Origin: Escherichia phage Lindwurm | Strand: one strand, 5' to 3' | Length of the DNA: 64,000 nucleotides | Sequence record: NC_134264.1 | In this document: piece by piece, positions 57,698-64,000 of the stretch | Numbering within the stretch: the first letter of the stretch is position 1 | How the letters are laid out: every line of letters begins with the position of its first letter | The notes under the pieces: generated by a model | Databases searched by the model: none | The model's input: the letters and a program-made list of their open reading frames with translations, nothing else | Told to the model about the DNA's origin: nothing | Made by a program: the position numbers and the translations under genes

Positions 57698-58536
57698 TGC
57701 AACAATATTTAAAAATTCTAACAGATGTAATTTTACTGGGTGAACCACGTAACGATCGTACAGGGACAGGCACGGTTTCAATTTTTGATTCCTATGCTAA
57801 GTTCGACCTACGTGAAGGATTTCCCGCCGTAACCACTAAACGTCTAGCTTGGAAATCAGTAGTTGGAGAACTCCTATGGTTTTTATCTGGATCTACAAAT
57901 CTCCATGATCTGCGAGTATTCACATTTGGGCGTGACGAAGGACAGTGGACTATCTGGACTCCAAATTATGAAGACCAAGCTATAAGTATGGGCTATGACA
58001 ACGGTAATCTAGGACCAGTATATGGTAAACAGTGGCGTAACTTTGGCGGACGAGATCAGATTCTAGAACTCATTGAGGGTCTCAAGAATAATCCACATGG
58101 TCGTAGACACCTAGTATCTGCATGGAACGTAGCTGAACTGGATAAGATGGCATTACCACCATGTCACTATGGTTTCCAATGTTACGTAAGTAATGATGGA
58201 TACTTAGACCTTAAATGGACACAACGTTCTGTAGACTGTTTTCTAGGCCTACCTTTCAATATTGCTAGTTATGCTTTATTAACACATATCCTAGCAAAAT
58301 TGACTGGATTAAAACCTCGTTATCTCATCTTTAGTGGTGGAGATACACATATCTACAGTGATCATATAGAGCAAGTAGAGGAGCAAATGAAACGTAAACC
58401 ACGTCCTTTGCCAACTCTAGTAATGCCAGAGTTTGTAGATCTCTATGATTTATTAGAGAATAATACTGCGGCTTGGTCTTTCAAGCTGGAAGGGTATGAT
58501 CCGCATCCAGCTCTTAAAGCTAAAATGTCCTCTTAA
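57697..58536 (+). CDS. thyA: thymidylate synthase
   Basis: NDRTGTGT, LLWFLSG, catalytic PPCH motif. Confidence 0.9.
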   Translation: MQQYLKILTDVILLGEPRNDRTGTGTVSIFDSYAKFDLREGFPAVTTKRLAWKSVVGELLWFLSGSTNLHDLRVFTFGRDEGQWTIWTPNYEDQAISMGYDNGNLGPVYGKQWRNFGGRDQILELIEGLKNNPHGRRHLVSAWNVAELDKMALPPCHYGFQCYVSNDGYLDLKWTQRSVDCFLGLPFNIASYALLTHILAKLTGLKPRYLIFSGGDTHIYSDHIEQVEEQMKRKPRPLPTLVMPEFVDLYDLLENNTAAWSFKLEGYDPHPALKAKMSS

Positions 58537-58542
58537 CTTAAG

Positions 58543-58567
58543 TAGCCCTTCGGGGCTATTATATTTG
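58543..58567 (+). terminator. rho-independent terminator after thyA (UUCG loop)
   Basis: TAGCCC-TTCG-GGGCTA then T-rich tract. Confidence 0.7.
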
Positions 58568-58576
58568 AAATTGTAC

Positions 58577-58606
58577 TTGCTTATTAAGTACAATTTCAAA
58601 TATAAT
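58577..58606 (+). promoter_or_regulatory. sigma70-like promoter (TTGCTT-18-TATAAT) embedded in a 12-bp-arm palindrome
   Basis: GAAATTGTACTT gcttatt AAGTACAATTTC spans 58567..58597 and overlaps the -35 element. Confidence 0.6.
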
Positions 58607-58635
58607 ATACTCAATAAGTACAAAAGGATAATAAA

Positions 58636-58698
58636 ATGAGTAGAGAAATTGAATTAGAACAAGCCCTTCTGAATTTACTCCAATTACTTGCAGGGTGA
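58636..58698 (+). CDS. short leader ORF (20 aa) with strong RBS; +1-frame ORF overlaps its 3' end
   Basis: AAAAGGATAATAAAATG with promoter upstream; stop TGA at 58696-58698. Confidence 0.3.
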   Translation: MSREIELEQALLNLLQLLAG

Positions 58699-59020
58699 TA
58701 AAGAAACTATTACTAAGGAACAGGTATTATTAATACTAGACTCTATCACTTCTAAATTCAGGACTTTAGAAGACTACTACTCTGTAGGCAATGGAGATGA
58801 GAAGGTAGAGTTATGTCTAAATCTCCTAGAAGATATGGGTTGGGATGAGGAAGATCAAGTAGGATATTTAGGTATATCTACAGAAATTCTAGAAAATACA
58901 GAGCATGAAAATATACTTGAAGTAAAGAGCAGAAGTGCTATTCGGTATAATACTTATGGTACAGGTATTACAGGAATAAAAGCATTACTTAGTATAGATA
59001 TAGGATGGTTAGATGAATAA
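58688..59020 (+). CDS. hypothetical protein (110 aa; TTG start in track; frame open from 58673)
   Basis: No independent RBS; may be expressed by +1 frameshift from leader ORF or may be a frameshifted gene. Confidence 0.4.
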   Translation: MQGDKETITKEQVLLILDSITSKFRTLEDYYSVGNGDEKVELCLNLLEDMGWDEEDQVGYLGISTEILENTEHENILEVKSRSAIRYNTYGTGITGIKALLSIDIGWLDE

Positions 59021-59561
59021 AAAGTTACCTAGCCAAGAAAGATTAAAAGAATTATTAATCTATGATCCAGATACCGGTATATTTACTAATAAGGTAAGTC
59101 GTGGTAGGGGAGGAAAAGCAGGTTCACCCGCTGGATACCTAAGAAAAGATGGCTATATAACTATTAAGATAGATAAAATAGATTATTTAGCACATAGACT
59201 AGCCTTTCTATACATGACAGGATCAATACCAGATTTAATAGACCACAAAAATAGGATTAGGTCAGATAATAGGTGGATAAACCTAAGAGAAGCTACAAGC
59301 CAGTCTAATAATAGAAACTGTACCGCATCGAGTAAATCTGGATATCTAGGTGTACACTGGAACAAACAATTACAGAAATGGCAAGTACAGGTGATTGATA
59401 ATAAAGGTAAAAATATTTATGGGGGTGTTTTTGACTACTTAGACCTAGAAAGTGCGGTCATAAAGGCTAATGAACTGAGAAAAACACTTCATGGTAGCGA
59501 AGCAGTTATAGAAGATTTCTATACTAACTATTACCCACCAGTAGAGGAACTTAATAAGTGA
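59013..59561 (+). CDS. HNH homing endonuclease with AP2-like C-terminal DNA-binding region
   Basis: YDPDTG...FLYMTGSIPDLIDHKNRIRSDNRWINLREAT; GYLGVHW...KWQ; between thyA and rnhA. Confidence 0.8.
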   Translation: MNKKLPSQERLKELLIYDPDTGIFTNKVSRGRGGKAGSPAGYLRKDGYITIKIDKIDYLAHRLAFLYMTGSIPDLIDHKNRIRSDNRWINLREATSQSNNRNCTASSKSGYLGVHWNKQLQKWQVQVIDNKGKNIYGGVFDYLDLESAVIKANELRKTLHGSEAVIEDFYTNYYPPVEELNK

Positions 59562-60034
59562 GCGTTTTCCACATTTACACAGATGGTGCTTGTAAGTCTA
59601 ACCCAGGTCCAGGTGCTTGGGGTTTTATTGTCTATGATGATAACGACGATCGTTTAGGTTCTAAATCTGGTTATAATCCTAAAACTACAAATAATGAGAT
59701 GGAACTCACAGCTATTGTAGAAGCTCTACGTTGGTCTGTTAAAAAAGATAATAGACCAATTGCTATCTATACTGACTCTGCTTATTGCAAAAACGGCATG
59801 GAAAGTTGGATGTTTTCTTGGCAAAGGAAAGGCTGGAAGAAAGCAGATGGTGAAGTTCCTCTTAATCTAGAACTTTGGCAGGAAGCATTTAAATTAACAC
59901 AGCAGTATATCAACTTTCATAATACTAATCCTACCTTTATTAAGGTTAAAGGACATTCTGGTATTAGTGGTAATGAAGCTGTAGATGCATTGTGTAATAC
60001 TGTTATTACTGAGCAAGAACTTGCCGAGATGTGA
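59558..60034 (+). CDS. rnhA: ribonuclease H (RNase HI-type)
   Basis: YTDGACKSNPGPGAWG, ELTAI, YTDS, HSGISGNEAVDAL motifs. Confidence 0.85.
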   Translation: MSVFHIYTDGACKSNPGPGAWGFIVYDDNDDRLGSKSGYNPKTTNNEMELTAIVEALRWSVKKDNRPIAIYTDSAYCKNGMESWMFSWQRKGWKKADGEVPLNLELWQEAFKLTQQYINFHNTNPTFIKVKGHSGISGNEAVDALCNTVITEQELAEM

Positions 60035-60054
60035 TAAATAAATTAAAAATTTTC

Positions 60055-60083
60055 TTGCTTAAAGCCCTCTAATTTAGTATAAT
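60055..60083 (+). promoter_or_regulatory. sigma70-like promoter of small-protein/NADAR cassette (TTGCTT-17-TATAAT)
   Basis: Direct read; inverted repeat AAAGCCCTC (60061..60069) / GAGGGCTTT (60102..60110) brackets -10 and RBS. Confidence 0.7.
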
Positions 60084-60110
60084 ATTCGTATTGAAAGTGA
60101 GGAGGGCTTT

Positions 60111-60395
60111 ATGCGGATTTATAACTCAAATTCATTAGGATTTAAACCATTGAGAAAACGTGCACAATCACCTCGTCAAATAAGAAAGGCTAATATTGGT
60201 GAGCCAGAGACACGACTTCCACCTCCTCCAGAACAACGTTTAGTTTATCTGGACGAAGAATTAGCGGAACGCGAAAGAAAAGCTCAAGAAGAGATTGAGC
60301 GTAAGAAAATGTGTACTGCTCCAGCCTACTCCAAAGGGGCTTATCAGTATATCTATACAGCCGAGGAGGCTAAAGATGCGGGGCGTAAAAAATGA
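60111..60395 (+). CDS. hypothetical basic/Pro-rich protein (94 aa), coupled to NADAR gene
   Basis: Promoter 60055..60083 and GAGGAG RBS; stop overlaps NADAR start (ATGA). Confidence 0.5.
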   Translation: MRIYNSNSLGFKPLRKRAQSPRQIRKANIGEPETRLPPPPEQRLVYLDEELAERERKAQEEIERKKMCTAPAYSKGAYQYIYTAEEAKDAGRKK

Positions 60396-60841
60396 AGATT
60401 ACCGAATTTAAAGGTACTTATAGTTTCTTATCTAACTTTTATTTATCACCAATCACTTTCGAATACCTAAACGAGATATGGCATGCTGATACTGTAGAAC
60501 ATGCTTTTCAGGCTATGAAATCCGACCAAAAAGATGATGTAGCTCATGTACTGCGCTCCCTAAATGCAGGAGTTGCCAAACGTAGAGGACGTAAATTAAC
60601 TCTACGCTCTGACTGGGATAAGGTAAAAGATGATGTAATGCTAGAGCTTTTACGGTTAAAGTTTGCAATACCTGATTTGAGAGACAAACTGTTAGCAACA
60701 AAAAATGCAACTTTGATCGAAGGAAATACCTGGGGAGATACATATTGGGGTGTTTGTCGAGGCATCGGGGATAATACTCTAGGTGTTCTTTTGATGCAGG
60801 TAAGGTCTGAAATTAAAAGAAGCTTACAGTTAATAAATTAA
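60392..60841 (+). CDS. NADAR (YbiA-like, DUF1768) family protein
   Basis: FLSNF, EHAFQAMK, KFA..LRDKLLAT, YWGVCRGIGDNTLGVLLM motifs align with E. coli YbiA as recalled. Confidence 0.75.
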   Translation: MKITEFKGTYSFLSNFYLSPITFEYLNEIWHADTVEHAFQAMKSDQKDDVAHVLRSLNAGVAKRRGRKLTLRSDWDKVKDDVMLELLRLKFAIPDLRDKLLATKNATLIEGNTWGDTYWGVCRGIGDNTLGVLLMQVRSEIKRSLQLIN

Positions 60842-60849
60842 AAATTCAT

Positions 60850-60878
60850 TTGCTAAACGCTTCAAATTCTCGTATAAT
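60850..60878 (+). promoter_or_regulatory. sigma70-like promoter (TTGCTA-17-TATAAT) with conserved leader
   Basis: Leader ACTTCATAAATTGATAAACAAAAAGGAAAACAAATA before ATG 60917. Confidence 0.75.
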
Positions 60879-60916
60879 ATACTTCATAAATTGATAAACA
60901 AAAAGGAAAACAAATA

Positions 60917-61432
60917 ATGGCTAAGCAGAAAAACGCAAAAACTCAAGCAGCTCCGGCAGTTAAAACTTTCCCGCAGACCGAGGCTAATCGCAAAGCTCGC
61001 CTGGAACGTCACCTGCGTAAGCATCCTACCGATACCCAGGCTGCGCAAGCACTGAATAATCCGGCTCCGATTCGTAAGAAGCCTAAAGCTAAAAATGCCG
61101 CCCGTAAATCCTACAAAATGGTTATGTATGTAGAAAATTACGGACACAAATCTGTCCCAGTTTCCCTGAGCTTCAACGCTGGGGCTGAATTGTTCTCTCG
61201 TAATGGTATGTCTATGAAAGACTATGAGAAGGCAGTTAACCAGAAGCGTAAACCAACAGCAGATGTATTGCGTGATACTCGTGGACAGTTTGGTTCTGTT
61301 AAGCCAAATATCCTTGGCGTAGAGTATAGTAAAGATAATGTTCGTGCTCTGTGTTACGGTGTAGGCATTAAATTCACTGGTGATTCTGCTCGTAAATCTG
61401 CTAAACCAGCTCGCAAGCGTAAAGCGAAGTAA
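60917..61432 (+). CDS. hypothetical highly basic protein (171 aa)
   Basis: Strong promoter and conserved leader; Lys/Arg-rich termini. Confidence 0.5.
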   Translation: MAKQKNAKTQAAPAVKTFPQTEANRKARLERHLRKHPTDTQAAQALNNPAPIRKKPKAKNAARKSYKMVMYVENYGHKSVPVSLSFNAGAELFSRNGMSMKDYEKAVNQKRKPTADVLRDTRGQFGSVKPNILGVEYSKDNVRALCYGVGIKFTGDSARKSAKPARKRKAK

Positions 61433-61495
61433 CAGGTAAATAGGGGCGAAAGCCCCTACAATCGACTAATTCTCTAACTAATCAAGGATATTTTT

Positions 61496-61711
61496 ATGTT
61501 CTCTAAGAAACCACGTTCTGTTACTGAAATCGTTGCTTCCTTTACCACTATCACTGATGAGCTTCAAGCTCGTATTGAGGCTGATCAAAAAATCGCTGCT
61601 GATATTCAGAAACAGCAGGAAGAACTCGCTTTAAAGTTGGCTGAAACCAACAAGAGTGAAAAATCTGCCCAAACTATTAAGGAAAATATCCTTAAACTGC
61701 TGGGCAAGTGA
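61496..61711 (+). CDS. hypothetical coiled-coil protein (71 aa)
   Basis: AAGGA RBS. Confidence 0.4.
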   Translation: MFSKKPRSVTEIVASFTTITDELQARIEADQKIAADIQKQQEELALKLAETNKSEKSAQTIKENILKLLGK

Positions 61712-61752
61712 TTTAGATCAGGGGGCGAAAGCCTCTCTTATTTGGAGAAACT

Positions 61753-61974
61753 ATGCGTAATTTTGTAGCAAAGAATGATTTTAACCGTGCTAGCACCCAT
61801 AAGTCAGCTAGGGATTATACACGACTTTCTAGTCATGAGGTAATGGATCTAGCAGTGGATGAGTTAGACTTAGATGACCTCTATATGGAAGAAAACTGGG
61901 ATGTCAGTGAGGATATGCTTCCTGGTTTTAAAGACCCCAAGAAGTGGGAGTCTATTAAAGAGACAGCTCTTTAA
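61753..61974 (+). CDS. hypothetical protein (73 aa)
   Basis: GGAG RBS. Confidence 0.4.
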   Translation: MRNFVAKNDFNRASTHKSARDYTRLSSHEVMDLAVDELDLDDLYMEENWDVSEDMLPGFKDPKKWESIKETAL

Positions 61975-62002
61975 TAGTTTTCTACACAATAAAGGATAAG
62001 TT

Positions 62003-62704
62003 ATGAAAGTAAAACCATTTGGTATGCTAGATATTGAATCTCTAGGAACTCCAGGAGATTGTGGTACTACTCATATCGCAATGCCTTCTTTCGCTTTTGT
62101 GGCTATGCATGGAATTGATAAAGACCCTGACTTAGTATTTGTTACTTTGGATGTGCAGGATCAGCTTAATTCTGGTGCCAAAGTTACAGCATCTACTCTA
62201 GCATTCTGGATGGATCAGGCTAAACATAGCCCGTCTGCTATCCACATTATGGAAGCTATGAATGAGCGTAATCCAAAACTGATTGCCTTCCAAAATGGTA
62301 AACATCATTGCACTAATAAACTTGGCTCTAACCATGCTGCCTTCTCTATGGCTCAAAATATTATGGAGTTGGCTCTAGGCGAAAATGCTTTGTATTATGG
62401 CAATGGCCCAGAGTTTGATATGACTATCTACTCTGCAAACACTTTCCATGCTGGAACCAATGAAGAAATAGTTCCGTGGAAATTCTGGAACTTGGGTAAT
62501 GTTAGATCTCTTCGTAATCTCTGGATGCAAACTGGCTATAGTTATAAAGCTCTAGAAACCGAAGGTATTAGCTGGGCAATAGCTAAAATGGAGAAGATGG
62601 ACACCATTCGTTATGGGATCTATCCGGTTAAGCACGATCCAGCATTCGATGCCCTAGTTGAGAGCTATTGTGTTGCAGCTATGATCGAAAAAGTGAAAAT
62701 TTGA
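62003..62704 (+). CDS. DEDDh-type 3'-5' exonuclease (putative)
   Basis: Exo I-like MLDIESLGT and Exo III-like HDPAFDA motifs. Confidence 0.55.
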   Translation: MKVKPFGMLDIESLGTPGDCGTTHIAMPSFAFVAMHGIDKDPDLVFVTLDVQDQLNSGAKVTASTLAFWMDQAKHSPSAIHIMEAMNERNPKLIAFQNGKHHCTNKLGSNHAAFSMAQNIMELALGENALYYGNGPEFDMTIYSANTFHAGTNEEIVPWKFWNLGNVRSLRNLWMQTGYSYKALETEGISWAIAKMEKMDTIRYGIYPVKHDPAFDALVESYCVAAMIEKVKI

Positions 62705-62705
62705 T

Positions 62706-62734
62706 TTGCTTCCGGCTCCAAAATTCTGTATAAT
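62706..62734 (+). promoter_or_regulatory. sigma70-like promoter (TTGCTT-17-TATAAT) with conserved leader
   Basis: Leader ATATTCATAAATTTGAGAAAACAATAAAAGGAAAACAAAT before ATG 62775. Confidence 0.75.
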
Positions 62735-62774
62735 ATATTCATAAATTTGAGAAAACAATAAAAGGAAAACAAAT

Positions 62775-62957
62775 ATGCCAGTATCTAAAAATGTTCGTAA
62801 AAATGGTAAGAAAGCTACTCGTAATCTGGGTATCCGTCGTATGGCTGAACGTCAATCAGGTATCCAGAAAATCTTTGATCTGCTAAATCGTGCTAATCCT
62901 AAAATTGATAACAGTAACGATACTGTTCTGCGCACTCTGCTGGCAATTGGTCTGTAA
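62775..62957 (+). CDS. hypothetical small basic protein (60 aa)
   Basis: Consensus promoter and conserved leader upstream. Confidence 0.45.
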   Translation: MPVSKNVRKNGKKATRNLGIRRMAERQSGIQKIFDLLNRANPKIDNSNDTVLRTLLAIGL

Positions 62958-63010
62958 TAGACCAAATTTAAACAAATTCAAATCTCAAACTTCATATAAG
63001 GAAGCAAATA

Positions 63011-63649
63011 ATGACTACTCGTATCTCTAAAACTCGCGCTCTGGCAACTATCAAATCTCTGGAAGCTAAAATCCGTAAAGCTACTGAACAGCAGCTTCTG
63101 ATTGCTGTTGGTGAAGGTAAGGATAAAAACCAGGTTGTAGTTGGCGCTGCAATCGAAGTAGCTGATCTGTCTACCCGTATTAAGACTGATTTCCAATCTC
63201 TACTGGATATGATGTCTCAGCGTGATCGTATCAAATCTGCTCTGATTAAGAGCAATGCAGAAACAATCGTTAAGATTGGTTCTCGTAAAATGACTGTTGC
63301 GGAAGCAATTGAAGCTAAGCGTTCTATGGAGCTTAAAGCTCAACTGCTGGCTAACATGCGTAAGCAGTTCCATGCCGCTACGGTTAAATTTAATACGCAG
63401 AAAGCACAGTTTGATGCTAAATATGAGCGTTTACAGGATAGCATGGCTACCCGCGATAAGAAAACTTCCGAAGATGAAGTTAAAATGCAGCTCAACCTGC
63501 TGGAACTCAAGAATACTCCATTCTTGATTGATCCGCTGGAACTGGAGAAGCTGATTAAGCAGCATGACGAGGAATACCAGGACTTTGCAACAAATGTTGA
63601 CTTTGTTCTGTCCGAGTCTAACGCTTCTACCTTCATTGAAGTAGAGTAA
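63011..63649 (+). CDS. hypothetical protein (212 aa), coiled-coil rich
   Basis: TAAGGAAG RBS; no catalytic motif. Confidence 0.5.
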   Translation: MTTRISKTRALATIKSLEAKIRKATEQQLLIAVGEGKDKNQVVVGAAIEVADLSTRIKTDFQSLLDMMSQRDRIKSALIKSNAETIVKIGSRKMTVAEAIEAKRSMELKAQLLANMRKQFHAATVKFNTQKAQFDAKYERLQDSMATRDKKTSEDEVKMQLNLLELKNTPFLIDPLELEKLIKQHDEEYQDFATNVDFVLSESNASTFIEVE

Positions 63650-64000
63650 TAATTTAAAAGCTAGTAAATCGGTAGACGAAAGCCCAAGCATCTTACCTCG
63701 CACCAGTGGTTGAAATACGAGGTTAAATAAGACCGCTGACCATACTATAAAGTATAATCTATTGGAGATTATGTTTATTACACCAGCCTTTTAAGCTGAC
63801 ACGTAAAAACAAAGCGTCGTTGATATTACCGACACAACTTCAAAGATCAACATTTAAGTATGAAAGCTGAAAAGTTTAAAGAACTCAAACTTCTAAACTT
63901 CTAAAGCTAAAAGATGCAAAGTATTCGTTGATGATTCAAACCCTAGATCAAAGGTACATGGCTCATAAGATATGGCCTGTGGCGCCTCTAGGCTGTTTAT

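Noticed and set aside
1-64000. Integrated prophage or temperate lifestyle
   Set aside because: No integrase, repressor/Cro pair, attachment-site repeats or host genes; gene content is that of a virulent T5-like phage.

Overview
This window looks like a contiguous segment of a T5-like virulent siphophage genome (Demerecviridae/Tequintavirus type), AT-rich by eye. Identification rests on gene order, protein lengths and motifs read from the translations, plus my recollection of T5 sequences (flap endonuclease N-terminus, PN25 promoter); no database search was run. Layout: (1) 1-24.9 kb, + strand: complete late structural module (terminase large subunit, HNH, portal, Ig-like decoration protein, prohead protease, major capsid, neck/tail completion proteins, tail tube, chaperones, tape measure, distal tail protein, baseplate hub, straight fibre, collar), ending in a two-gene lateral fibre module (809-aa repeat-rich fibre plus 586-aa fibre with C-terminal intramolecular chaperone) rather than one long L-shaped fibre gene. 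(2) 24.9-52.1 kb, - strand: early replication/recombination module (dUTPase, flap endonuclease, Hjc-like resolvase, SbcC/SbcD-like, SF2 helicase, family A DNA polymerase, primase, DnaB-like helicase, split NAD-dependent ligase, HNH endonuclease, origin-binding-type helicase, a Sir2-like/HAD operon, anaerobic RNR). (3) 52.4-63.7 kb, + strand: nucleotide metabolism and accessory genes (PhoH, NrdA, NrdB, DHFR, ThyA, HNH, RNase H, NADAR protein, DEDDh exonuclease, several small proteins). Many near-consensus sigma70 promoters (TTGCTT/TTGCTA, 17 bp, TATAAT) with a conserved initial transcribed sequence, and UUCG/GNRA-loop hairpin terminators, are directly visible. I found no rRNA, tRNA, CRISPR array, integrase or transposase. 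The most interesting unexplained items are a seven-gene Sir2-like/HAD operon, a small-protein plus NADAR cassette, a ~540-bp GC-rich non-coding leader, two candidate +1 frame overlaps, a conserved post-terminator motif at three late-gene junctions, and a GC-rich mosaic segment in the distal fibre gene. None of these is proven to be a new system; each is given with a test.
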